Shown here: positions 38,790 to 48,060 of the stretch, piece after piece
Layout: the number at the start of each line of letters is the position of its first letter
How positions within the stretch are numbered: position 1 is the stretch's first letter
NCBI GenBank assembly: GCA_044440125.1
Contig: JBITAJ010000017.1
Span: 32,001-96,000 of the forward strand
Length of the DNA: 64,000 nt
Direction: 5' to 3'
Source of the DNA: Sedimentisphaeraceae bacterium JB056
GTDB lineage: Bacteria > Planctomycetota > Phycisphaerae > Sedimentisphaerales > Sedimentisphaeraceae
Notes under the pieces: generated by a model
What the model was told of the DNA's origin: nothing
Databases searched by the model: none
Seen by the model: the letters and a program-made list of their open reading frames with translations, nothing else
Made by a program: the position numbers and the translations under genes

Positions 38790-39701
38790 ATGAAGCTACG
38801 TGGATATATAGATTTACAAGTTAACGGCTACCTTGGTGTAGATTTTTCGGCATCGGATCTTACTCATGAAAGATGTGCTTACGCGTGCCGTAAGTTGCTT
38901 GACTGTGAAGGTGTTGGCGGTTTTTTGCCTACCGTTATCACAAGCCATGAGAGTGTTTACAGACAAAATCTGGCTATTTTAGCGGATATCATAGAGTCTG
39001 ATGAATTTAGCGGGAGTGTTTTGGGGATTCATGCAGAGGGGCCGTTTATCTCTGACAGACCCGGAGCAGTTGGTGCGCATAACCTAGGTTTTGTGAAAAA
39101 GCCTGATATATCTTTCTTTGATCAGATGCAGGACTGGGCAAGGGGTCACATAAAAGTTATGACGATAGCCGCGGAGGTCGCCGGAGCTCAACAGCTTTGT
39201 AAATATGCAGTAGCCAATGGAGTAGTCGTGTCTTTAGGTCACCAGCTTGCTGATGCTTCCGACTTGAAGGAATTAGCTCAGGCAGGTGCAACCTTAATGA
39301 CTCATGTTGGTAATGGTATGCCTAATATGGTGCATCGTCACAATAATTCTCTTGTTACGGCTCTTTCCATCAAAGAATTAACGGCAATGATAATAACAGA
39401 TGGGCACCATTTGCCTGCTCATGTTATAGAAGCTGTTATCAATGCCAAGGGTGTTGATAAAGTGATAATAACGAGTGATGCATCACCAATTGCCGGTATG
39501 AAACCCGGAAAGTATGATGTTTTAGGTAATTCTGCTGTTCTTGAAGAGAATGGGCTTCTCCATAATCCTGAAAAAGAATGCCTTGTTGGTTCTTCGGCTA
39601 ATATAGTCCAGTGTGTTGAATATCTAAGAAGCCTTGGCATAGTCTCGGAATCTGAAATTACGCAAATGGCAGCCTTAAATCCGGCAAAAGTTCTCGAGTA
39701 G
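38790..39701 (+). CDS. nagA: N-acetylglucosamine-6-phosphate deacetylase-like amidohydrolase
   Basis: IDLQVNG, LPT, GIHAEGPF, GH, THVGNGM, DGHH, SDA, NPA. Confidence 0.8.
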   Translation: MKLRGYIDLQVNGYLGVDFSASDLTHERCAYACRKLLDCEGVGGFLPTVITSHESVYRQNLAILADIIESDEFSGSVLGIHAEGPFISDRPGAVGAHNLGFVKKPDISFFDQMQDWARGHIKVMTIAAEVAGAQQLCKYAVANGVVVSLGHQLADASDLKELAQAGATLMTHVGNGMPNMVHRHNNSLVTALSIKELTAMIITDGHHLPAHVIEAVINAKGVDKVIITSDASPIAGMKPGKYDVLGNSAVLEENGLLHNPEKECLVGSSANIVQCVEYLRSLGIVSESEITQMAALNPAKVLE

Positions 39702-39759
39702 TGAAGCTACTGAAAATAGGCCTCTAAAATAGATGCTGTAAGAGCAGGTTCCTGAAAAT

Positions 39760-40176
39760 TTAATCTTCAGGGTACATAAAGTCGGGTACCCTTCTTGGCC
39801 GACCGTCATCTCCTATGCAGGCGAGAATACTTGTGCCTTCTGTAAGAACCTGTCCATCATTTTCGCGGCATAGCTTGTATTCATGAATTATCTTTGCGCT
39901 TCTAACCTGCGAACATTTTGTAGTAAGCGTAAGTTTCTCGTCATAGAATGCCGGACGACGATATTTCAGGTTCAGTTCGGCAACCACCATAGCGAATCCA
40001 GCCTGTTCAAGATCTTTGTAAGCAAGTCCATTGGCTCGCAGCAGTTCAGTGCGTCCCATCTCAAAGTAAACAGGGTAGACACTGTGATGTACTACTCCGC
40101 CCTGATCTGTTTCACAATATCTGGGTATTATTTCTATGTCAATAGATTGTATGGTCGTTTTCTCAGGAAATTTCAT
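39760..40176 (-). CDS. acyl-CoA thioesterase (YbgC/FadM hot-dog fold)
   Basis: RYCETDQGGVVHHSVYPVYFEMGRTE. Confidence 0.88.
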   Translation of the reverse strand: MKFPEKTTIQSIDIEIIPRYCETDQGGVVHHSVYPVYFEMGRTELLRANGLAYKDLEQAGFAMVVAELNLKYRRPAFYDEKLTLTTKCSQVRSAKIIHEYKLCRENDGQVLTEGTSILACIGDDGRPRRVPDFMYPED

Positions 40177-40347
40177 TGTTGTTTATCCCGCTTTTAATGT
40201 CTTGAATTTTTGCCTTCGACAGTATAAAATACAGATAATAAAGTTCTAATCAATATAAATTTATTGGCAGTTCCATAAAACAGCAGTAAGTTTTGATGTT
40301 TATGACATTAATTTGGTTCATTTACATCATATTAAGGGATAATACAG

Positions 40348-40539
40348 ATGAGTGAAGAAAAGAAGAGTTTTTTAAAGTGTCCGAAATGCGGTACGGCGGT
40401 ATCTATCAAAAGTATCAGCGAAAAGGGGAATTTTTTTCCGTTTTGTTCCGAGAGGTGCAAGATGGTCGATCTTGGTGCCTGGCTTGATAATGATTATGCA
40501 ATAGCGGCTCAGGAACCTTTGGACAGCGATATTGAATAA
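40348..40539 (+). CDS. yacG: DNA gyrase inhibitor YacG
   Basis: CPKC...[16 protein letters not shown]. Confidence 0.9.
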   Translation: MSEEKKSFLKCPKCGTAVSIKSISEKGNFFPFCSERCKMVDLGAWLDNDYAIAAQEPLDSDIE

Positions 40540-40590
40540 AAGTTTTCGCGAAGGGGTGTAGAGAAATAAACGGTTAACGAGGAGTTTTAT

Positions 40591-41880
40591 ATGCCGGAAG
40601 ATAAGAAGTTTAGTGAGAAGGTAAGAGCAGTTGTTGACAGTCTTGATTTTATCAAGATATTCAGCTGTTTTCAAATGGCAATCAATCCAAATAAGCTTGT
40701 TATCGCCTTTCTGGTGGTGGTCTTCCTTGCTTTTTGCGGCGTGTCTTTTGATGTTTTGAGTAGTTCAGTCAAAGGCATAACATTAAAAGATGCCAAAGTC
40801 TATAATAATACGGTACTTGAGGTTTTTGATGAAGATCAGCAGAAGATAACAGAGCTTGATGTTTATAAGTCCATGCCGGAGTATATGGATAAGTTTGTTG
40901 CCGGCGGCAGTTTTGGAGATCAGGTGGGTGTTTTTGCGACAATGTACGATCATCTTGCGAAAAGCCTCAATATCCTCACCGTCAGACTCCTGAAGCTTGA
41001 TCTTGTAGGTGTTTTTGAGGAGCTTGGACAGGTTGCCATCACGTTTGACTGGGCTTTGAAGTATCATACGGTTTACACGTTGGTATACATGCTTATTTTT
41101 GTTGTGGTTATGGCTGTTGGCGGCGGGGCTATCTGTCGTGGTGCGGCTCTTGAAATATGCAAGGGAAATAAGCCCTCAATCCTCGACAATATCAATTATG
41201 GCAGAAGAAAATTCACAGACTTTCTATGCGCTCCTCTTGCTCCGATAGTTCTTGTGCTTATATTCGGTTCTGTAATATCGCTGGTAGGCTTCATTGGTAA
41301 TTTGCCATGGGCAGGCGAGATAATCATGGGGATACTTACAATCTTTTCACTTTTGATTGGATTGGTATTGGTTATGATTCTTATTGGATTTGCCGGCGGC
41401 GTTCATATGATGCTGCCTTCAATAGCCATTGAGGGGACTGATTTTAATGATGCGGTAAGTCGCGGATATTGCTATGCTTACAGTAAGCCGTGGCTTTTGG
41501 GACTCTATGGGTTTACCGGTGCAGTTTACGGGGCGATATGTTATTTGTTTGTAAGGCTTTGTGCATTTACATTGCTTCGTGTTACTTACGCTTTCATGGC
41601 TTTCGGTATTTTTGCCGACAGTCAGTCGAATGCGGGCATTGATAAGCTCAGAGCAGTTTGGCCTCAGCCGGAATTCTTTAATTTGACGGGCAAGGCCATA
41701 GCGGTGAATATCGACTGGAGCGAGCATTTCTCGCATTTGTTGGTATCGATAGCCGTTTTGATAATCAGCGGGGTTGTTTCGGCATTTATCATAAGTTTTT
41801 ATTTCAGCTGCTGCACTGTGCTGTACACGCTGTGCCGTAAGGCCGTGGACAACGACCCAATAGAGAAGATAGAAGTTTGA
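40591..41880 (+). CDS. multi-pass membrane protein, unknown function
   Basis: GAGGAG RBS; about six hydrophobic segments. Confidence 0.7.
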   Translation: MPEDKKFSEKVRAVVDSLDFIKIFSCFQMAINPNKLVIAFLVVVFLAFCGVSFDVLSSSVKGITLKDAKVYNNTVLEVFDEDQQKITELDVYKSMPEYMDKFVAGGSFGDQVGVFATMYDHLAKSLNILTVRLLKLDLVGVFEELGQVAITFDWALKYHTVYTLVYMLIFVVVMAVGGGAICRGAALEICKGNKPSILDNINYGRRKFTDFLCAPLAPIVLVLIFGSVISLVGFIGNLPWAGEIIMGILTIFSLLIGLVLVMILIGFAGGVHMMLPSIAIEGTDFNDAVSRGYCYAYSKPWLLGLYGFTGAVYGAICYLFVRLCAFTLLRVTYAFMAFGIFADSQSNAGIDKLRAVWPQPEFFNLTGKAIAVNIDWSEHFSHLLVSIAVLIISGVVSAFIISFYFSCCTVLYTLCRKAVDNDPIEKIEV

Positions 41881-43385
41881 TTGCTAAGACCAGAGAACAG
41901 GAGGGATGGAATTTGAATTCTACTACATTAATAATCTTTGGAGCTACGGGAGACCTAACCCAGCGTAAGCTTGTGCCGGCACTTTATAATAATTATCGCA
42001 AGGGCAGGCTCGATAAGGGTGTGAAGATAGTTGGTTTTGCCCGACGAGACTGGAGCAATGAGTATTTTCTCAATCATCTCAAGGAGGGTGTCAGGGATAA
42101 TGTGGAGTCGTTCGATGAGGCTGAATATGATGAGTTCGCCTCAAGCCTCACCTATTTTCGAGGCAATTTGAACGAGCTTGATGATTTTAAGTCTCTTGAG
42201 AAATATTTGCAGGACAACGAGAACGGCCAGGCCTCTCGGCTTTACTATATGGCAACATCTCCGAATCTGTATGTTGATATATGCGAGAACCTTAAAAGCA
42301 GCGGCATGGATAATAGCAATCGAGATTTGCGGAGGGTTGTGATAGAAAAGCCTTTCGGGCGTGATCTTGAGAGTGCTTCGAAGCTTAACGACAGGCTTCA
42401 CGATACTTTTGAAGAAAGCCAGATATACCGTATCGATCATTACCTCGGCAAGGAAACGGCGCAGAATATCCTGTTTTTCAGGTTTGCAAACACATTCTTT
42501 GAGCCGCTTTGGAACAGTCATTATATATCCAATGTGCAGATTACCGTGGCCGAGAGCGTTGATGTGGCTCGGCGCGGGGGATACTATGATACCGCGGGAG
42601 TGCTTAGGGATATGTTCCAAAGTCACCTGCTGCAGCTTCTTGCTCTGGTGGCGATGGAGCCGGCTAACTCTACATCTTCAGAAGCAATCCGTAATGAAAA
42701 GGTGAAGGTGTTCAATGCGGTAAGGAAAATTGAGCCGGGCGATACCGTTATGGCTCAGTATGAGGGATACAGACAGCAGGATCGCATCGCTTCTGACTCC
42801 AGAACGCCTACTTATGGAGCAATGAAGCTTTATATCGACAACTGGCGATGGAAAGGTGTTCCTTTTTATCTGCGGTCGGGAAAGGCAATGACTGCCCGCA
42901 GCAGTGAGATAATCATTGAGTTTGTTTCGCCGCCGGATGTGATGTTTAATCCCGGGCTTAACGAGAGTTTCTCGCCGAATCTCATTGCGATATGCATCCA
43001 GCCTAATGAGAGCATACACCTGCGTTTTGAGACGAAAGTGCCAGATACCGTTTCGCAGTCGAGATCTGTCAATATGGACTTCTGCTACAGTCAGGAATTC
43101 CCCGAAATATCAATGCCCGATGCCTATGAAAGACTGCTTCTTGATGCCTTGAAGGGCGATTCTTCACTTTTTGCAAGGAGTGATGGAATAGAGGCTTCAT
43201 GGCGGATCATCGATCCTGTGATCGAGGCATGGGAGAAAGATGGAAGCAATCTTGAGCTTGGGCAGTATGAGAAAGGGAGTTGGGGACCAAAATCGGCCGA
43301 CGAGCTCCTTGCCGAAGCCGGTCATAAATGGAGGCTGGCTTGCAGTGATCCAAACACTAATAATTGCAGTTGTAAAAAGAAGTAA
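41877..43385 (+). CDS. zwf: glucose-6-phosphate 1-dehydrogenase
   Basis: [39 protein letters not shown]; alternative TTG start at 41913. Confidence 0.95.
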   Translation: MIAKTREQEGWNLNSTTLIIFGATGDLTQRKLVPALYNNYRKGRLDKGVKIVGFARRDWSNEYFLNHLKEGVRDNVESFDEAEYDEFASSLTYFRGNLNELDDFKSLEKYLQDNENGQASRLYYMATSPNLYVDICENLKSSGMDNSNRDLRRVVIEKPFGRDLESASKLNDRLHDTFEESQIYRIDHYLGKETAQNILFFRFANTFFEPLWNSHYISNVQITVAESVDVARRGGYYDTAGVLRDMFQSHLLQLLALVAMEPANSTSSEAIRNEKVKVFNAVRKIEPGDTVMAQYEGYRQQDRIASDSRTPTYGAMKLYIDNWRWKGVPFYLRSGKAMTARSSEIIIEFVSPPDVMFNPGLNESFSPNLIAICIQPNESIHLRFETKVPDTVSQSRSVNMDFCYSQEFPEISMPDAYERLLLDALKGDSSLFARSDGIEASWRIIDPVIEAWEKDGSNLELGQYEKGSWGPKSADELLAEAGHKWRLACSDPNTNNCSCKKK

Positions 43386-43450
43386 CAAATGTCCTACTCT
43401 TTATAAGGCCTTTTATGGTAAGGCAATACAGAAATAAAAAGCTTAAAATC

Positions 43451-43479
43451 TTGACAAAATGCCCATGTTAAGGTATAGT
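43451..43479 (+). promoter_or_regulatory. sigma70 promoter
   Basis: TTGACA-N17-TATAGT. Confidence 0.6.
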
Positions 43480-43547
43480 TTAGTTTATGGGTTAACTTTT
43501 TTTGTGTTGAGTAAACGGGCATGGTGTTAATTAATGGAGTGCTTATT

Positions 43548-45089
43548 ATGAAGAGTGTATTATTGTGTGTGTGTGTGTTGACTTTAGCATCTGTTTTCAA
43601 TCCTGTATTTGGCGCAGGCGGGGTATTACCCGGTGACGGCAGTTCAACAACGCCATATCTAATCGAAGATCTGGTTGATTTTCAAACCTTTTCCGACCCG
43701 GCTAATTCCGCAACTTATTGGGCAAGCGGTGTTTATACAAAACTGATGACTAATTTAAACCTCTCGTCTGCAAACTATACCGACTCGGTTATCGCTGCCG
43801 ATACTGATCCTTCCAGTATAAATTATCAAGGCACTCCGTACAGAGGTTCGTTTGATGGTAATGGCTACGAACTAAATAATCTAACAATTGACGACAATAA
43901 TGCCGGTTTATCTAATATCGGTCTTTTCGGCGGTATTGAAGGGGGTAGTGTTGAAAATCTTGGAATTGTTAATTGTACTATAATAGCAGGTGTCCAAGGT
44001 GCAACAGTTAATCGTTCTGTTGGATATGTAGGCACTTTATGTGGCAAATTCAATGGCGGTACTGTCAGCAATTGTTATTCAACGGGTTCTGTTGAAGTAG
44101 ATGTGCAAAGCACTGGTGAGGCAAATGCGATAACAATAGGTGGGCTTTGCGGTTATTTTGATGGTACAATGACTAATAGTGGCTCGGAATGTAGTGTAAC
44201 GGTTCATGTAAGCAGTAGTCTGTATTCCCAGCTTCTTGATGTTGGTGGGCTTTGTGGAGTAATCGATGGTCAGATTGATAACTGTTATTCAACTGGCTCA
44301 GTTAGTGCCACTGCTTCCAAATACACCTATAATCCTTATATTGGCTTCAAGATTACGTCAATTGGTGGTTTTTGCGGTAAAAATAACGCAACAATCAATA
44401 AATCATATTCTACAGGATCTGTTTATTGCAGTTCAAATAGTTTTTCCGACTCTACATTACAGGATATTGGCGGTTTTATTGGATATAACCTTTATGGTAG
44501 TGCTCATAACAGTTACGCAACCGGCTCTGTTTACGCAAGCTCATCCGGCGATTCAAGAATAGCACATTGCTATCGAGTTGGCGGTTTTCTTGGTAATAAT
44601 CAGGAAATTATAGCGAACTGTTATTCAACTGGTTTAATATCTGCAAGCGTTTCAGGTGTCTATGAAAACTTGAGTTACATTGGAGGACTATGTGGCGGTG
44701 ATTACAACGTCGGCGGGATTACCGGCTGTTTCTGGGATACTGATACTTCCGAAACTACAGTAAGCGCAGCAGGAATAGGCAAAACTACTGCTGAAATGAT
44801 GAACGAGAGCACCTTCACTGTTGCCGGTTGGGATATGACGCCGGATGATGGTACATCAGTCTGGTATATGCCTGCCGCCGGTTATCCGCAATTGGCATGG
44901 CAGTTAGTCAATCCTGTCGATCTTGGGGAATTCTGCATACTAGCACAATATTGGGGAGACACGGGCTGTACGTCAGGGCAAGACTGCTTTGCTGCCGATT
45001 GGTATGTAGATGGGACAATTGATACGCTTGATTTGTATCAGCTTACAAGCAGTTGGCTTGAAGAAGAAATGGCCCTCTCAGGTATTTGA
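43548..45089 (+). CDS. secreted GLUG-motif repeat protein with dockerin-like C-terminus
   Basis: GDGSSTTPYLI, FDGNG, repeated (V/I)GG(L/F)CG..NCYSTGSV; VDLGEFCILAQYW and DWYVDGTIDTLDL. Confidence 0.8.
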   Translation: MKSVLLCVCVLTLASVFNPVFGAGGVLPGDGSSTTPYLIEDLVDFQTFSDPANSATYWASGVYTKLMTNLNLSSANYTDSVIAADTDPSSINYQGTPYRGSFDGNGYELNNLTIDDNNAGLSNIGLFGGIEGGSVENLGIVNCTIIAGVQGATVNRSVGYVGTLCGKFNGGTVSNCYSTGSVEVDVQSTGEANAITIGGLCGYFDGTMTNSGSECSVTVHVSSSLYSQLLDVGGLCGVIDGQIDNCYSTGSVSATASKYTYNPYIGFKITSIGGFCGKNNATINKSYSTGSVYCSSNSFSDSTLQDIGGFIGYNLYGSAHNSYATGSVYASSSGDSRIAHCYRVGGFLGNNQEIIANCYSTGLISASVSGVYENLSYIGGLCGGDYNVGGITGCFWDTDTSETTVSAAGIGKTTAEMMNESTFTVAGWDMTPDDGTSVWYMPAAGYPQLAWQLVNPVDLGEFCILAQYWGDTGCTSGQDCFAADWYVDGTIDTLDLYQLTSSWLEEEMALSGI

Positions 45090-45199
45090 TGTGTTGCAAG
45101 CGGAATCTTCGGGGCTGCCGGTCGATACTGTGAAATTGACCGATTGAGCTATAATTTGCTCTTATTCCTTTGCTCTTTTAAACTTATGTCAAAAACATC

Positions 45200-45229
45200 T
45201 TGACACCCAAGCGTCTTTTATGATAAAAT
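45200..45229 (+). promoter_or_regulatory. sigma70 promoter with extended -10
   Basis: TTGACA(45200)-N18-TAAAAT(45224) preceded by TGn. Confidence 0.6.
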
Positions 45230-45235
45230 AGCGAC

Positions 45236-45306
45236 GACTTAATTTAGTCTTTTCATCACCCTCTCCGAAGCCAGATCTCTTAATTGGGTCTGGCTTTACT
45301 TATTTT
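45236..45306 (+). ncRNA. candidate ~70-nt small RNA
   Basis: Promoter, 5' mini-hairpin GACT..AGTC, C/U-rich linker TTTTCATCACCCTCTCC, terminator GAAGCCAGATC..GGTCTGGCTTT plus T-rich tail; no plus-strand ORF. Confidence 0.45.
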
Positions 45307-45418
45307 AAACTTTCAACATTCACTGTTAATTTCAAAAATCACCTTGTCATCACTTGTCTGTAATGTTAATATAAGCATTCTATTATAAAACTTTTGCAAG
45401 GAATTGGGTGATTATATC

Positions 45419-45853
45419 ATGAAGCTTAAAGTGATTTTGAAAGGACTTGTCGCCGGAATAGTGACGATGTTTTTGCTTTCAATCATCGGGTTTGGAATCT
45501 TGTTGGAGAAGCATAATTTTAGGGCAAGTGTTAGCGGACAGGTAACTGATGGTAAGGGGGGAGCTGTGCCGAATGCAAAGCTAAACTTTTATATGCCCAA
45601 CAGCGATGACATACAGTATGATTGCGAGACAATAACTAATTCGGAAGGCAGGTATTCGGTTCGTTTGCCAAGCTTCAGAGTCGCTCTGGACACATCACTA
45701 TGCTATATTAGAAATGTGAAAATAGTTGCGGAGGGATACGAGCCTTCCAGTAAAAGTGTAACTCTTAAAAAAGGTTCTAATCTTGAGACGAATTTTGTAC
45801 TACAGAAAGAAATAACAGTGAGAGGCGGAGAATTAAATGTCAATGGAAAATGA
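45419..45853 (+). CDS. membrane-anchored carboxypeptidase-regulatory-like (transthyretin-like fold) domain protein
   Basis: N-terminal TM; VSGQVTDGKGGAVPNA..TNSEGRY..AEGYEP. Confidence 0.7.
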   Translation: MKLKVILKGLVAGIVTMFLLSIIGFGILLEKHNFRASVSGQVTDGKGGAVPNAKLNFYMPNSDDIQYDCETITNSEGRYSVRLPSFRVALDTSLCYIRNVKIVAEGYEPSSKSVTLKKGSNLETNFVLQKEITVRGGELNVNGK

Positions 45854-46269
45854 ACTTGATTTCAGAGTTGTATCTTTCGGCAAAACAGGGCTTTTTCAAC
45901 AGCCCTACTGTTCCTATTTACTATGCCAAAATGAATAAATTAGGAAAAGCGAAGAAGTCTTTTGAATCTATGCAGAGTATTATGACAATAGTTTATGGCT
46001 TTAAGCTTGCAACCAGTGGTGAAAGAATGACAGGAGAATATGAACAGATTATGAATGCAGGAATTCCAGGTGAGAATTTAACCAGTACTAAGGGTATTGC
46101 TAAAGCAGCGATTGACGGAGCAATTCATGTTACAGACCAAGCTGGGTATGAAGTGTTAAATATAAAAGGAAATATAAAAAATGCGGAGATTCAACAAGTT
46201 GATGTTCACAAAAATACAAGAGCCATTGAAAGAGGTAGATTGGTGAATAAACTTCTGAATGGTGATTAG
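45850..46269 (+). CDS. hypothetical protein, possibly the 3' remnant of a longer gene
   Basis: 139-aa ORF; an IS-end-like 17-mer lies in its first 20 codons. Confidence 0.4.
   Translation: MNLISELYLSAKQGFFNSPTVPIYYAKMNKLGKAKKSFESMQSIMTIVYGFKLATSGERMTGEYEQIMNAGIPGENLTSTKGIAKAAIDGAIHVTDQAGYEVLNIKGNIKNAEIQQVDVHKNTRAIERGRLVNKLLNGD
45889..45905. repeat. 17-bp direct repeat copy 1, IS-terminus-like
   Basis: GGCTTTTTCAACAGCCC, identical to 47618-47634. Confidence 0.7.
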
Positions 46270-46270
46270 G

Positions 46271-47290
46271 ATGAATAAATTAAGTAATATATATATTGTT
46301 GTAATCGCCATATGGTTTTGTTCTAACATTATGGCGACAGAACGATTTGATTTAGATGACCCCAATAGTTTATCGTCGTATTATGAATATGGCAAGGAGT
46401 GTAGGAAACAATCTCCTGACAAAGCAATGGAAATCTTCATTGAATGCTATGAGCATGGAATTGTAGATGCTTTAGCCATGCAGGGGCTTCTTTACATACA
46501 AGGAGATGGGGTTGATGTTAATTACGAAAAAGCAAAGTATTTGCTTGAAAAAGCTCTGTCGCAAGGTTCAAATGTAGCACTTGGGCTCTTAGCAGTTATT
46601 TATGCAGATGGTCTTGGTGTAGAACCAGACATAGAAAAAGCAAATCAGTATAGAAGTAAAGCTGCTTACAAAGGAGATAAACAGAGTATGTTTTACCTTG
46701 GGTTAGCATCTGAATTTGGACAGGGAGTTGATATTGACTATCAGAAAGCCGCATATTGGTATAAAAAGTCTGATTTAACTTACGCCTTGCTTAGATACAC
46801 TTATCTTGTACTTGAAGAGAGAGTATTGGATATGGATAAAAGGGCTTTAGTCAAATATATTAATAATGGTATTAAAGAGAATAGGGCTCTCGCTTACGCC
46901 CTGCGGGCACGGCTCCACTATAAGGGTTATATTCTTGCTCAGGATTTGAAAAAGGCAAAGATGTTTTATGAAAAATCTATTGAGCTTGGTTCTGATGTTG
47001 GTAAAACCGATTATGGTCTTGCTCTTATTAGTACCGATGGCTTGTTTAATCGGGATATGAAACGTGGAATTGACATGCTTATAGAAGCAAGCAATAATGG
47101 ACATGGTAAGGCAAGTTATTGTCTTGGTGTTATTATGAAGCAAGAAGGCAAAAAAGAATACACTGAAAGAGTGATTGAATATTATAAGTTAGCCGCATGG
47201 CAGGGATACCCAGAGGCTAAAACGAGATTACGCGAATTGAATATTAATATTGGTCAGGAAGAAAAGGATGATATCGAGATTAAGCCGTGA
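46271..47290 (+). CDS. secreted Sel1-like repeat protein
   Basis: Signal peptide; GLLYIQGDGVDVNYEKA, LGLASEFGQGVDIDYQKAAYWY, LAAWQGYPEA. Confidence 0.88.
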   Translation: MNKLSNIYIVVIAIWFCSNIMATERFDLDDPNSLSSYYEYGKECRKQSPDKAMEIFIECYEHGIVDALAMQGLLYIQGDGVDVNYEKAKYLLEKALSQGSNVALGLLAVIYADGLGVEPDIEKANQYRSKAAYKGDKQSMFYLGLASEFGQGVDIDYQKAAYWYKKSDLTYALLRYTYLVLEERVLDMDKRALVKYINNGIKENRALAYALRARLHYKGYILAQDLKKAKMFYEKSIELGSDVGKTDYGLALISTDGLFNRDMKRGIDMLIEASNNGHGKASYCLGVIMKQEGKKEYTERVIEYYKLAAWQGYPEAKTRLRELNINIGQEEKDDIEIKP

Positions 47291-47579
47291 GGAATTGAAG
47301 AAAATAGCGTTTTGTCAGAAGATGGTAATTGTATTTATTGTATTGGGATTTTTGGCATTACTGTATCCGCCTGCGCAGTTGATTATCGGAGTGCTGCAGA
47401 TTGTTTTTGTCTATAAATTAGCGAAAGCAACAGATGCACTTGCTCCGTGGCTTTATGTTATAGCATGTTTTATCCCTTTGATTGTACTTATTGCATTGTT
47501 TAAGTTGAGCAGTAATGCAACGAATATTCTACGTGAGAATGGTGTTAAAGTTGGCGTTTTAGGAGCCAAAGAAATTTGA
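47268..47579 (+). CDS. small membrane protein
   Basis: Three hydrophobic segments; FIPLI..ATNILRENGVKVG tail. Confidence 0.65.
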   Translation: MISRLSREELKKIAFCQKMVIVFIVLGFLALLYPPAQLIIGVLQIVFVYKLAKATDALAPWLYVIACFIPLIVLIALFKLSSNATNILRENGVKVGVLGAKEI

Positions 47580-47617
47580 AAGAACCATTTATAGTATTTG
47601 ACTCGGGTCGTTATCCT

Positions 47618-47634
47618 GGCTTTTTCAACAGCCC
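47618..47634. repeat. 17-bp direct repeat copy 2, IS-terminus-like
   Basis: GGCTTTTTCAACAGCCC, identical to 45889-45905. Confidence 0.7.
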
Positions 47635-47704
47635 CGCAGTTACTTATTTTGAAGTGAGATAGGAATAGATATCATTCGAATTTTTTAATATTTTTCTGAT
47701 GTTT

Positions 47705-47763
47705 AATCGCCGTGAGCTTTTCTTGTTCGGGAGAGTTCGCGGCGTTTTTTTATGAACTTTGGT
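47705..47763 (+). terminator. 59-bp duplicated terminator-like hairpin, copy 1
   Basis: CGCCGTGAGCTTTTC-loop-GGAGAGTTCGCGGCG-TTTTTTT; 57/59 identical to 49567-49625. Confidence 0.75.
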
Positions 47764-48060
47764 TCTTTAAACTTGAGAGAATTAAAGGAGCCATGTCTCT
47801 TAAATTTATGTAACCAGTTAAGTTATTGTCATTGCTGGTTTTGTTTTGTGAAAAAAGTAGCCTTATCCCTCCTATGGAGCCAGAATTGTCAAGAGTTATT
47901 TTTTTTGTTTTAACTTGAATCTTAAATAAATACTGTTTATATTTATCCAAGTAGAGGTGTGTGAGGGTTGTTGTTTCAAATCTACAAGTCTCTGTCAGTA
48001 AACAAAAGGTGTGTTGTATCGCCTTATATAATTTTACGGCTCCTTTTTGAAAGGAATAAA

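Noticed and set aside
3086..39701. glycan region as a tRNA-integrated genomic island
   Set aside because: It lies on the 5' side of the tRNA, and no integrase or att duplication is visible
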